From Bdellovibrionales bacterium (GTDB lineage: Bacteria > Bdellovibrionota > Bdellovibrionia > Bdellovibrionales > UBA1609), in assembly GCA_965261545.1 (NCBI GenBank), contig CBDHDF010000004.1, forward strand, positions 32,001 through 96,000: a stretch of DNA of 64,000 nt, in the 5' to 3' direction. The translations under genes and the position numbers were made by a program. Of the stretch, positions 1 to 12,923 are shown piece by piece (within the stretch, counting starts at the first letter, position 1; the number at the start of each line of letters is the position of its first letter). The notes below the pieces were generated by a model that ran no database searches, was not told the DNA's origin, and saw only the letters and a list, made by a program, of their open reading frames with translations.

Positions 1-1
1 G

Positions 2-1000
2 CTTTTTGCAACCAACCTTGAAGTAAGCTTTGTGGATGAGATTATTGCTGAAATTGATGAGCCAGGAGATGTTGCCGTTAACTCAAAAAGCCTTTTTAAT
101 ATCATCAAGGAATTGCCAGAGGGTCCAGTTCAATTAATAAAACAAGAAAACAACTGGCTCAAAGTTTCTCAAAGTAAGTCCAATTTTAAGATATCTGGCA
201 TTCACCCTAGTGAGTATCCAGACTTTCCTGAAATTAAAGCAAAGCATTTTTCCAGTATTAAGGCTTCTGCTCTTTCAGAGATGATCGATAAAACCATATT
301 TAGTGTCTCTAATGACGAGACGCGCTATCATCTTAATGGTGTTTATTTTGAAAGGGTGAGTTCAGACGAATTTAAGATGGTTTCCACAGATGGTCATAGG
401 CTAAGCCTTATTAATAAATCCTTGGGTCTTGTATCAAATGGTCTTTCATGGTTGTCTGTAAAAGAAGGAGTTATTATTCCACGGAAAGGGCTTAATGAGA
501 TTAAAAAGTTGAGTGAATCAAATGATGATGAGAGTATCTTTCATGTAACTATTGATGGCTCTCAACTTGTTCTTTGCCATGAGAAGGTTGTTTTGATGAT
601 TCGTCTCATTGAAGGACGATTTCCCAATTATGAACAACTTATTCCACAGAGTTTAAAAGAGCGTATTTTATTTAACAGAGAGGAATTACTTGCTGCCTTG
701 AGAAGGGTATTTATTTTATGTGATCAAAAGTCAAAAAATGTTATTTTTGATTTGTCTGAGGGGTGTATTAAGATATCTTCAAGGGATACCACTCTTGGAA
801 GTGCCAAAGAAGAAATAGAAATTGATTACCAAGGAGAAGACTTCAAGGTTGGGTTTAACATCAAATATTTCTTAGATGTCTTGACAACTATGAATGTGGA
901 TGAAGTGGATATTGAATTGCAGGATAACTCATCACCTGGTCTACTAAGACCCCATGGGGATAAAAGCTATACCTGTGTTATTATGCCTATGCGTGTTTGA
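2..1000 (+). CDS. dnaN: DNA polymerase III beta sliding clamp (5'-partial, runs off the window start)
   Basis: Frame is open from base 2 (LFATNLEVSF...). Motifs STDGHRL, GRFPNYEQLIP, GFNIKY, C-terminal VIMPMRV; upstream of recF-gyrB. Confidence 0.97.
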   Translation, partial: LFATNLEVSFVDEIIAEIDEPGDVAVNSKSLFNIIKELPEGPVQLIKQENNWLKVSQSKSNFKISGIHPSEYPDFPEIKAKHFSSIKASALSEMIDKTIFSVSNDETRYHLNGVYFERVSSDEFKMVSTDGHRLSLINKSLGLVSNGLSWLSVKEGVIIPRKGLNEIKKLSESNDDESIFHVTIDGSQLVLCHEKVVLMIRLIEGRFPNYEQLIPQSLKERILFNREELLAALRRVFILCDQKSKNVIFDLSEGCIKISSRDTTLGSAKEEIEIDYQGEDFKVGFNIKYFLDVLTTMNVDEVDIELQDNSSPGLLRPHGDKSYTCVIMPMRV

Positions 1001-1003
1001 ATT

Positions 1004-4634
<3,631 letters not shown>

Positions 4635-4642
4635 GTCTGGAT

Positions 4643-7165
4643 ATGGAAGAAAATCAAAATATAACAAACATAGATATAAATACAGAAATGCGTGAGGCTT
4701 ATTTACAATACTCTATGAGTGTTATTGTGGGCCGTGCTCTTCCAGATGTTCGTGATGGTTTAAAGCCCGTTCATCGTCGAGTCTTATATGCGATGAATGA
4801 ATTGAAGAACTACCACAATCAACCTTATAAGAAATCGGCTCGTGTCGTCGGGGATGTGATTGGTAAGTACCACCCCCATGGGGATACAGCTGTCTATGAC
4901 ACTATTGTAAGAATGGCTCAAGATTTTTCTTTAAGATTTCCTTTGGTGGATGGTCAGGGGAATTTTGGGTCCATTGATGGTGACGCCCCTGCTGCTCAAA
5001 GATACACAGAAGTCAGAATGACTAGACTTGCAGAAGAACTTTTGGAGGATATTGATAAAGAAACCGTTTCGTGGTCTTACAACTATGATGATTCTCTTCT
5101 TATTCCAGATGTTTTGCCTGCTAAATTTCCCAATTTACTTGTCAATGGATCTTCGGGAATTGCTGTTGGTATGGCAACAAATATTCCTCCCCACAACATT
5201 GGTGAAGTTGTGGACGGATGTATCGCTCTTATTAAGAATCCTCAAATGAGTATTGATGAGTTAATGACATTTATTCCAGGTCCTGATTTTCCTACGGCAG
5301 GAATTGTCTCTGGAGTTCAAGGAGTTCATTCAGCCTATAAGCGTGGGCGTGGGATCATTACACTTAAAGCTGTCTCAGAAATTGTTGCTCAAAAAGGTAA
5401 AGATAGGGAAATGATTATTGTTAAGGAAATTCCTTATCAAGTCAATAAGGCTAAACTCATTGAGACCATTGCGATCTTGGTTCGTGAGAAGAAGGTAGAA
5501 GGTATTTTTGATATCCGTGATGAATCATCTCGGGAAGGAATGCGTATTGTTATTGCATTAAAGAGAGGTGAAAATGCCCAGGTCATTTTAAATCGTCTTT
5601 ATAAGTTTACACAGTTGCAAACTAGCTTCGGTATTATCATGCTAGCATTAAATAAGAACAATAAGCCAATCACATTTAATTTAAAAGAAATGCTCCAGGC
5701 TTTTATCGATCATAGAAAAAATGTGGTTATCCGTCGATGTATTTTTGAGTTGAGAAAGGCTGAAGCAAGAGCTCATATTTTAGATGGTCTTAAAAAGGCA
5801 TTGGATGAAATAGATACTGTTATTGCGACCATTAGGGCTTCAAAAGAGGCAAATGCTGCTCTAAAAAGTTTAATGGATCAGTTTGGTTTTACAAACAGGC
5901 AAGCGAAATCTATTCTTGAAATGAGGCTTCAGAGATTGACTGGTCTTGAGCGTCAAAAGATTCTTGATGAATTGATAGAAGTGAATAAGAGAATTGATTG
6001 GTTAAGAATGATTTTAGGAAACATTAAAGAAGTTTTTAAAATGATTATTGAAGAATTAGAGGAAATTAAGAAAAAGTTTAATAATCCTAGACGTACCCTA
6101 ATAGAATCTGGGCAGAATGAAGTTCAAGATGAAGATCTTATAGCCAGGGAAGACGTTATTGTTTCACTTACTCATTCTGGCTATATCAAAAGAATTTCAA
6201 TAGATGAATATAAACTTCAAAGGCGTGGCGGGAAGGGTGTTAAAGGCTCCGGTGCTAGAGAAGAAGATTTTGTATGGAAAATATTCTCTGTGGACACATT
6301 AACATCACTTCTCATATTTTCTGATCGTGGAAAGATGTATTGGCAAAAGGTATATAAACTTCCTCAAGGTAAGCGAACCGCAAAAGGGCATGCGGTTACA
6401 AATGTTGTCAATTTTTCAAGTGGTGAACAAATTAGAGCTATTTTACCTGTAAGAAAATTTAATGAAGATAGCCATGTGGTTATGTTGACAGAAAAGGGGA
6501 TAATTAAGAAAACATCTCTTTCTTCTTTTAATAAACCGAGACCTTCGGGGATTATTGCCCTCACTATAGATCTTGAAGACAACCTTATTCAAGCAGCTAT
6601 GTGTTTTCGTCAGTCAGATATTCTTATTGTAACTAAAGAGGGAATGTCGATTCGTTTTAATGAAAACGATGTACGATCCATGGGGCGAACAGCTCGTGGA
6701 GTCAAAGGAATAACTCTTGGGAAGAGGGATTGTGTTGTAGGTATGGGTATTATTCCCAATGATTGTAAGGAGACAATCCTTATTGTGACATCAGGTGGTT
6801 ATGGGAAAAGAACTTCTGTGGAAGAGTATCGAAAACAAAGTCGTGGAGGTATAGGTATTATCACCCAAAAGCTAACACCCAAGGTTGGTGATGTTGTGGC
6901 TGCTTGTATGGTGAAAGAAACAGATCAAGTGATGGTTATTACAAATCAGGGACAAAGTATTCGAATGTCTTGTTCTGATATTTCAATCTATGGTAGAAAT
7001 ACACAAGGTCTTCGTCTTATCAATCTTAAAGGTGATGAACATGTAACAGGTTTGGCGCTTCTTGCAAACGAGGGATTGGCGGAAGCGGAAGCGTTTCATG
7101 GAGCCAGTGAAGTATCTAAATCCAACAATGGAGTTGCTAGTGAAGGGTTCGATAAGAAAATATAG
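4643..7165 (+). CDS. gyrA: DNA gyrase subunit A
   Basis: RALPDVRDGLKPVHRR, GKYHPHGD, AAQRYTE catalytic Tyr, GyrA box QRRGGKG. Confidence 0.99.
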   Translation: MEENQNITNIDINTEMREAYLQYSMSVIVGRALPDVRDGLKPVHRRVLYAMNELKNYHNQPYKKSARVVGDVIGKYHPHGDTAVYDTIVRMAQDFSLRFPLVDGQGNFGSIDGDAPAAQRYTEVRMTRLAEELLEDIDKETVSWSYNYDDSLLIPDVLPAKFPNLLVNGSSGIAVGMATNIPPHNIGEVVDGCIALIKNPQMSIDELMTFIPGPDFPTAGIVSGVQGVHSAYKRGRGIITLKAVSEIVAQKGKDREMIIVKEIPYQVNKAKLIETIAILVREKKVEGIFDIRDESSREGMRIVIALKRGENAQVILNRLYKFTQLQTSFGIIMLALNKNNKPITFNLKEMLQAFIDHRKNVVIRRCIFELRKAEARAHILDGLKKALDEIDTVIATIRASKEANAALKSLMDQFGFTNRQAKSILEMRLQRLTGLERQKILDELIEVNKRIDWLRMILGNIKEVFKMIIEELEEIKKKFNNPRRTLIESGQNEVQDEDLIAREDVIVSLTHSGYIKRISIDEYKLQRRGGKGVKGSGAREEDFVWKIFSVDTLTSLLIFSDRGKMYWQKVYKLPQGKRTAKGHAVTNVVNFSSGEQIRAILPVRKFNEDSHVVMLTEKGIIKKTSLSSFNKPRPSGIIALTIDLEDNLIQAAMCFRQSDILIVTKEGMSIRFNENDVRSMGRTARGVKGITLGKRDCVVGMGIIPNDCKETILIVTSGGYGKRTSVEEYRKQSRGGIGIITQKLTPKVGDVVAACMVKETDQVMVITNQGQSIRMSCSDISIYGRNTQGLRLINLKGDEHVTGLALLANEGLAEAEAFHGASEVSKSNNGVASEGFDKKI

Positions 7166-8048
7166 ATTTCTATTAAGATATTTTGTATATTTTGATTTTC
7201 TTTCAACGATTTCTTCTTTTTTCTTTTCTTGCTTCTCGTCCTTTTCTCGTTTGCTGTTGATCTTGATGTTTCCCATTATGATAGGAAGCCTTTCTTCTTG
7301 TTACTGGAGCGATTCAGAGAAAGAACTTAGTAAAGGAGATCGATTTACTGAGAAAAAAAACTATCAGAAAGCGATTTCCTACTACGAAAAAGTTATGAAG
7401 GGGTCGAATCCTGAAATTGTAAATAAGGCTGTATCAAGGCTGGCTTGGTTGAATTATTTTTATTTGAAAGACTTTAAAAAAGCCTTACAATTTTATAAAT
7501 ATGTTGTTGTCCATTCTCCATCTCGAGACGAGAGATTTTCTTCTCAAGAGAAAATTATAGATATTTATTTCCATAAGTTTGGTGATTATATATCGTCAAT
7601 ATCTGAAATCAGTAAGTTATTGGAGGTTGGCCATATGAAAAATGAGATGAAGGCAGAATATAAATTGAAGTTAGCAAAGTCTTACTTTTACTTAGGTGAT
7701 TTCATACAGGCAGAGATTGAGGCTGACGATCTCTTGTCTATGACTGGTATTGCTGGTAAGTATAAATTTGAAACGCTACTTTTAAAAGGGAATGCTCTTT
7801 TAACAGCAAAAAGACTTCAAAGGGCTGTTTCTGTTTACAAAAATCTTCAAGAAGAATTTCCAAAAAGATCGAAGAAAGAACGAATAGATTTAAGTATTTC
7901 TGCGTGTTATGAAGAAATGAATGAATTGGACTTGGCTATCAATGAACTGAAAAGAAACCAACGTCCCTCAGATATTATTGAAATGAAGATCAAGAGGTTA
8001 CAATCTAGAAAAAGATATTTACCTGGTGCCAAAGGTCTTCAAAGGTAA
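7062..8048 (+). CDS. TPR-repeat protein, probable lipoprotein (true start probably downstream of 7062)
   Basis: Helical TPR-like segments (YQKAISYYEKV, LAKSYFYLGDF); hydrophobic stretch ending in LSSC, lipobox-like. Confidence 0.7.
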   Translation: MQTRDWRKRKRFMEPVKYLNPTMELLVKGSIRKYRFLLRYFVYFDFLSTISSFFFSCFSSFSRLLLILMFPIMIGSLSSCYWSDSEKELSKGDRFTEKKNYQKAISYYEKVMKGSNPEIVNKAVSRLAWLNYFYLKDFKKALQFYKYVVVHSPSRDERFSSQEKIIDIYFHKFGDYISSISEISKLLEVGHMKNEMKAEYKLKLAKSYFYLGDFIQAEIEADDLLSMTGIAGKYKFETLLLKGNALLTAKRLQRAVSVYKNLQEEFPKRSKKERIDLSISACYEEMNELDLAINELKRNQRPSDIIEMKIKRLQSRKRYLPGAKGLQR

Positions 8049-8147
8049 AAAATGCCATAAAAGTAGCTGTACCTCTTGCCCCTTTGACAAAAGGAAAAAT
8101 GCAGTGCTGTGAACCCATATGGGTTTTTCTATGAAACCATATAGAGG

Positions 8148-8420
8148 GTGAGCAGACAAAACACTATGATTGAAGTATGTGTGTCAAAATATAGGAGGTG
8201 TTTTTTAGATAAATTTGATAGAAAATTTTATTTTCTTATGGGTGTGGGTCTTGAATTAACAGGTGTTATTATTGTCAGTCTTTATTTAGGCCAATTTATA
8301 GACCATAAATATTCCTTAGGGGGAGTGGGCTTAGCTTTTTTCTCCATGTTAGGATTCTTAGGATGGATTGTTCACCTTGTATTTCTGGTGAAGAAATTTG
8401 ACAATAATAAAGATAGTTAA
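8148..8420 (+). CDS. AtpZ/AtpI-like small membrane protein (start uncertain)
   Basis: MGVGLELTGVIIVSLYLGQFIDHKY followed by a second transmembrane helix, resembling the F0F1-associated AtpZ family. Confidence 0.6.
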   Translation: MSRQNTMIEVCVSKYRRCFLDKFDRKFYFLMGVGLELTGVIIVSLYLGQFIDHKYSLGGVGLAFFSMLGFLGWIVHLVFLVKKFDNNKDS

Positions 8421-8430
8421 TTTTCATTTC

Positions 8431-9417
8431 CTACAAGGCCGTATGGAGGGGGTGAAATTGACTCAAAGCAGTGTATAGGGATTGAAGGTCAAGATGTGTG
8501 TAGCGTTGTGTGGTGTTTAAGGTTTCATGGCCTAGAACCTCTTGTATGACTCTAAGGTCTGCTCCTTCTTGGAGTAAATGAGTGGCAAAGCTGTGTCTGA
8601 GTGTATGGGGAGAAATGGGTTTTATGAGGCCACTTTTCTGTCCCCATCTTTTTACTACGGAATGAGCTGTGCGAGGACTAAGGGATTTCTTGCCAAAAAT
8701 ATATATATTATCCTTTTCTTTCAATTGATTCATATTATTTATAGATTCGAGGGCCATGGGAATAAGTACAACCATGCGCATTTTTCCTCCCTTACCGATG
8801 ATGTGCAAGCATCTTCTTTCGTGGTCAATATCTGACCACTTGGCTGTGCAAGCCTCACCAACTCGGAGTCCACATCCGTATAAGAGAGCAAAAAGCACCA
8901 TGTCTCGGCAAGACGACTTCTCACCCTTCTCCTTGTTTTCTTTTAGTAATGTCAAAATAGATAGGACTTCATCCACAGACAAGTGATGAGGAACCCTCCA
9001 TGGAACTTTTGGGGAGGGGATTCTTAGAGCTAAATTTCTATCTATATATTTCTCATGGAAAAGCCATTTCAAAAAGGCTCGAAGACAGGCAAATTTCCTA
9101 TTTTTTGTGGCGGGGGAAAGAGAGGACCAAAAGGAGAGCATTTGGTTCACTTCTATCAAAAGAGCGGCAGTATTTAATTTAGACTTTTCTTGTAATTTCT
9201 TTTTGGTAAGGGGATGGCGGTATATTTGCCCTCCTATCCGGGGTATTTGGGAGGTGTTTATTTCTTCTACAGTGGATTGGTTGACTTGCTGGAGGAACTG
9301 GTGGAGATCAGTGGCATAGGATTTGATAGTGTTTGGGCGGAATCCATATACAAATTCCTGTGTATTTAGGTATTTAGACGCTAGATAGAATAAGATTTGT
9401 TGCTCTTTAGGTGACAA
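8431..9417 (-). CDS. XerC/XerD-type tyrosine recombinase
   Basis: LLYGCGLRVGE, GKGGKMR, SPHTLRHSFATHLL, LGH...TTQRYTH (R-K-H-R-H-Y catalytic set). Confidence 0.92.
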   Translation of the reverse strand: MSPKEQQILFYLASKYLNTQEFVYGFRPNTIKSYATDLHQFLQQVNQSTVEEINTSQIPRIGGQIYRHPLTKKKLQEKSKLNTAALLIEVNQMLSFWSSLSPATKNRKFACLRAFLKWLFHEKYIDRNLALRIPSPKVPWRVPHHLSVDEVLSILTLLKENKEKGEKSSCRDMVLFALLYGCGLRVGEACTAKWSDIDHERRCLHIIGKGGKMRMVVLIPMALESINNMNQLKEKDNIYIFGKKSLSPRTAHSVVKRWGQKSGLIKPISPHTLRHSFATHLLQEGADLRVIQEVLGHETLNTTQRYTHLDLQSLYTALSQFHPLHTAL

Positions 9418-9697
9418 TTTTTGGCCTCCTGGAGAAGACTTTTAAAGAAATACTACTTTAATATCACTTTTTTTGAAAAAACTATTGCGTAAATTTAATG
9501 CAGGTGATAAATTCCAAAAAGTTAGATTAAGTCGCGATGCATTAATACTTGATTTTAGTTGTTATGTGAGCATGTAGATGTAGACTTCTCAGTCCGTTTT
9601 TCGTACTACAACTATTTAAAATCTATACTGGTTATGGTGATGGCCTCTTTTCATTGGTCCCCATTGCCCTTGAATTAAAATAAAACTAAAAAGGAGT

Positions 9698-10846
9698 TTG
9701 TATATGTCAAATACAGCCAATTTTAATCAACCCACTTGTTTGCCTCTCAATAAACAGAGCCATTGTGTAGATGATGAGACTCAAGAGGATATGAGAAATT
9801 CTTCAATACCCACAAGAATCATTTATAAATCTGATATTATGAATCAACTTATAAAAATGGTAGATCGGGTGGCGCCTTCTAAAGCAACCATTCTCATTCT
9901 TGGTGAAAGTGGTACAGGCAAGGAACTTATTGCCCGTACGATTCATGAGAAAAGTCAGCGTAATAAGCCTTTTGTGGCTATAAACTGTGGAGCTCTCAGA
10001 GAAACTCTTCTCGAGAGTGAGCTTTTTGGACATGAGCGTGGGGCTTTTACGGGGGCTTATTCCAAAAAAATTGGTCTGGCGGAAATGGCCAATGGTGGGA
10101 CTTTATTCCTCGATGAGATTGGGGAAATGAGTCCAGGGATTCAAGCTAAGTTGTTGCGTTTTTTGCAAGAGGGGGAGATTCTTCGAGTTGGAGGGAAAGA
10201 ATCCATTAAGGTGGATGTTCGTCTTATCAGCGCCACCAATCGTGAATTGGATAAAGAAGTTGTTGCTGGCAATTTTCGTGAGGATTTATTTTATAGGATT
10301 AACACAATTATGGTTCAATCTCCTCCCTTGAGACATCGTAAGGAAGATATTCCTGGATTGGTGAACTTTTTTCTAAAAAATAGCTCCAATGGAGGAACTG
10401 CCTATCCTCAAAGGGTTAGCCAAATTGATGAAGAAGCTATGAAGAGAATGATAAGATATGACTGGCCAGGGAATATTCGAGAGCTAGAGAATGCATGTGA
10501 GAGACTTCATATTCTTTCTGAAGGTCATACAATTATGCAAGGAGATCTTCCCGATTATATCAAAGACCCTGATGATGTTAAATTTCTCATAAACTATGAT
10601 CCTTCTATGACCCTTCATGAACTTGAAAAAAGGTATATTATAAAGGCTCTGAGTCATTTTGAGGGAAATAAAACTAAATCGGCTCAAGCTTTGGGGATTA
10701 CAGTTAAAACGCTTTACAATAAGCTTCATGAATATGGTGAATTTCCTAAATATGCTGTGCATAAGAAGTTGAAGAAAAGCGATGAGGCTGTAGCTGAGGC
10801 AGAGGATGTTGATATTGATTTCAAGAAAAGAATGGGACTTATATAA
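9698..10846 (+). CDS. Sigma54-dependent AAA+ enhancer-binding transcriptional activator with Fis-type HTH and no evident receiver domain
   Basis: GESGTGKE, ESELFGHERGAFTGA, LFLDEIGE, WPGNIREL, C-terminal NKTKSAQALGITVKTLYNKL. Confidence 0.93.
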   Translation: MYMSNTANFNQPTCLPLNKQSHCVDDETQEDMRNSSIPTRIIYKSDIMNQLIKMVDRVAPSKATILILGESGTGKELIARTIHEKSQRNKPFVAINCGALRETLLESELFGHERGAFTGAYSKKIGLAEMANGGTLFLDEIGEMSPGIQAKLLRFLQEGEILRVGGKESIKVDVRLISATNRELDKEVVAGNFREDLFYRINTIMVQSPPLRHRKEDIPGLVNFFLKNSSNGGTAYPQRVSQIDEEAMKRMIRYDWPGNIRELENACERLHILSEGHTIMQGDLPDYIKDPDDVKFLINYDPSMTLHELEKRYIIKALSHFEGNKTKSAQALGITVKTLYNKLHEYGEFPKYAVHKKLKKSDEAVAEAEDVDIDFKKRMGLI

Positions 10847-10862
10847 AGTTACATCTGGCTTT

Positions 10863-10890
10863 AGCCCGTATTTTTATGCGGGCTTCTAGC
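10863..10890. terminator. Probable bidirectional intrinsic terminator between convergent genes
   Basis: Hairpin agcccgtat-tttt-atgcgggct (10863-10884) lies between the stop codons at 10846 and 10940. Confidence 0.5.
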
Positions 10891-10939
10891 TACCTTTTGT
10901 TGTAATTGTTGTAAAATCTTTAAGAGCCTTTCTTAGAAT

Positions 10940-11740
10940 TTAAAAATAACCTCCATCATCGTCATCATCATCATCATCGTCGTCGTCATCTAGATCTGAA
11001 GAATCATCCATGTCATCAAAAATATCTGTGGTTTCAAAGTCATCGCTAGGTTGAAGAGATTCGTCATCGAAATCTTCTTTGATATTATCAAAAAAATTAT
11101 CCTTATCATTTGCATCAATAGAATCAGACCCTTCATTATCATCCTCTAAGTGAGAAGTTTTTTCAGAGATATCTTCTGATGAATCTGTGGAATCGAGATC
11201 CTCCTCCTCTTGGTCATTTTGAGTCGTAAATGTTGTAAAGATGCTTCCTAAATTCCTTGAAGTGGTAGAATTGACGATTTCTTCAAGAGATGGGACTTCT
11301 GGCTTGGCTGATTTCTTTCGCCCTCTTTTTGTGACTTTTTTAGCTACCTTTTTACTAGCTTTTTTCTTGGTGACTTTTTTAGCTACCTTTTTACTAGCTT
11401 TTTTCTTGGTGGCTTTTTTAGCTACCTTTTTACTAGCTTTTTTCTTGGTGGCTTTTTTAGCTACCTTTTTACTAGCTTTTTTCTTGGTGGCTTTTTTAGC
11501 TACCTTTTTACTAGCTTTTTTCTTGGTGGCTTTTTTAGCTACCTTTTTACTAGCTTTTTTCTTGGTGGCTTTTTTAGCTACCTTTTTACTAGCTTTTTTC
11601 TTGGTGACTTTTTTAGCTACCTTTTTACTAGCTTTTTTCTTGGTGACTTTTTTAGCTACCTTTTTACTAGCTTTTTTTTGTCCTTTTTTTGCAAGAGTTT
11701 TTCGTTTGCTAATTTTTTTCTTTGTTTTTTTGCGTCCCAT
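10940..11740 (-). CDS. Histone H1-like Lys/Ala-rich repeat protein with a Asp/Glu-rich C-terminal half
   Basis: Nine copies of KKKASKKVAKK(A/V)T, then an acidic tail ending DDDDDDDDDDDDGGYF; GGAGG RBS upstream of the ATG. Confidence 0.8.
   Translation of the reverse strand: MGRKKTKKKISKRKTLAKKGQKKASKKVAKKVTKKKASKKVAKKVTKKKASKKVAKKATKKKASKKVAKKATKKKASKKVAKKATKKKASKKVAKKATKKKASKKVAKKATKKKASKKVAKKVTKKKASKKVAKKVTKRGRKKSAKPEVPSLEEIVNSTTSRNLGSIFTTFTTQNDQEEEDLDSTDSSEDISEKTSHLEDDNEGSDSIDANDKDNFFDNIKEDFDDESLQPSDDFETTDIFDDMDDSSDLDDDDDDDDDDDDGGYF
11330..11680. repeat. Coding tandem repeat, 39-bp unit x9
   Basis: Unit gtg(a/g)cttttttagctacctttttactagcttttttcttg; units differ essentially only at the Val/Ala codon. 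Confidence 0.95.
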
Positions 11741-12082
11741 TATCCCTCCCGATACAGACTATGAAATGAATTATAAATAAATAGAAAACCTTGTGAAAGT
11801 CTTCTTTAGAACCAGCGCAGAGCCCTCAAAAGTAAGCCCCTCCCTAATAATGAAAAGGCTTTCTTTAAAATGCAAGTCCCCATTTCAAAATGAAAGGTGA
11901 ATTATGGCTCAGCGCATAATTAAAGGGCTTTAATTGACAAACTTTGTTGAGATCACAGTTTATAGCATAACAGGAGTGTTTTCTTTTCAAGCTCATTATT
12001 CAAGGAAAATTTCAAGAGGGAGGCAATATGAACCTTAGGACCCATGATCTTAAAGTGGAAATAAGCTAAAGATGGAAAACCT

Positions 12083-12832
12083 TTGAGTCATCTCTTGAAT
12101 AAGCCATTGCCGACGAGCCCCCTGTTGAATGGTCCTCGCATGGCTTTTTTAGGCTGTAGCCGTGGGTTGGGAAAAGCCATTGCTCTCCAGAGTCCAGAGG
12201 GAGAGCGGCTTTTTTGTTCACGACGTAGGGAAAGCCTTAGCGTTTTGGCTCAAGAGCTTGGGGGTGAGGTGGCCTGTCTTGATTTCTCAAAGTCCAGTGA
12301 AGAGTGTCTTGCAACCTTAGAGAGTTTTAACCCCACTCATATTTACTATGTAGCTGGTGGTGGTCCTTTTGGTTTCTACCACGAAAAAGAATTTAAAGAC
12401 CATGAATGGGCCTTTCATGTCAACTTTAAGACTCCGGCTCAATTAATTCATTGGTCCCTTCGCCGTCATTTTCTTTACCACAGATCCCAGAATAGTTCTC
12501 AGAAAAGTTTTCAAGGTGGTTCTCAAGGCAATTTTCAAAGAAAAGTTCAGCAGTTCATTGTTGTGGGGTCTGCTATTGCAGAGTCTAAGGGAGATATTCG
12601 GGCGGCAAGCTATGCAGCCTCCAAGCATGCTCTTCTAGGCTTGTGTCGGTCCATTTGGAAAGAGTCTCAGAATTTTGATCTGAGGCTCTTTAGTCCAGGC
12701 TATATGGATACAGACCTGCTTCCTAGGGGAGCTTTTCCTAGACAACAAGATCTACTTTCATCTGAGGAGGTGGCTCAACAATTTTGGTGCTGGGCCACCA
12801 GTTCAGAGGTTTCAAGACACTATTGTTTGTAG
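12083..12832 (+). CDS. Short-chain dehydrogenase/reductase (SDR family)
   Basis: GCSRGLG nucleotide-binding motif, YAASK catalytic motif, SPGYMDTDL. Confidence 0.85.
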   Translation: MSHLLNKPLPTSPLLNGPRMAFLGCSRGLGKAIALQSPEGERLFCSRRRESLSVLAQELGGEVACLDFSKSSEECLATLESFNPTHIYYVAGGGPFGFYHEKEFKDHEWAFHVNFKTPAQLIHWSLRRHFLYHRSQNSSQKSFQGGSQGNFQRKVQQFIVVGSAIAESKGDIRAASYAASKHALLGLCRSIWKESQNFDLRLFSPGYMDTDLLPRGAFPRQQDLLSSEEVAQQFWCWATSSEVSRHYCL

Positions 12833-12923
12833 TAAATTCGTAGTAACATTAACGGTAATTACTTAATAGTAGTTGATAGTAACTACACACCTTTTATATC
12901 ATATGAAAAAGGAAGGGAACAAG

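Noticed and set aside
8431..9417. Tyrosine recombinase as a prophage or island integrase mobilising the DGR
   Set aside because: Housekeeping XerC/D-type sequence, 14 kb from the DGR, with no att repeats or phage genes in the window.
11330..11680. 39-bp repeat array as a possible CRISPR
   Set aside because: Units are contiguous with no unique spacers, the unit is a multiple of 3 inside an ORF, and no cas genes are present.
11241..11780. 179-aa hydrophobic repeat ORF on + strand (FLATFLLAFFLV repeats)
   Set aside because: Antisense shadow of the Lys-rich repeat gene, which has the RBS and a coherent C-terminal region.
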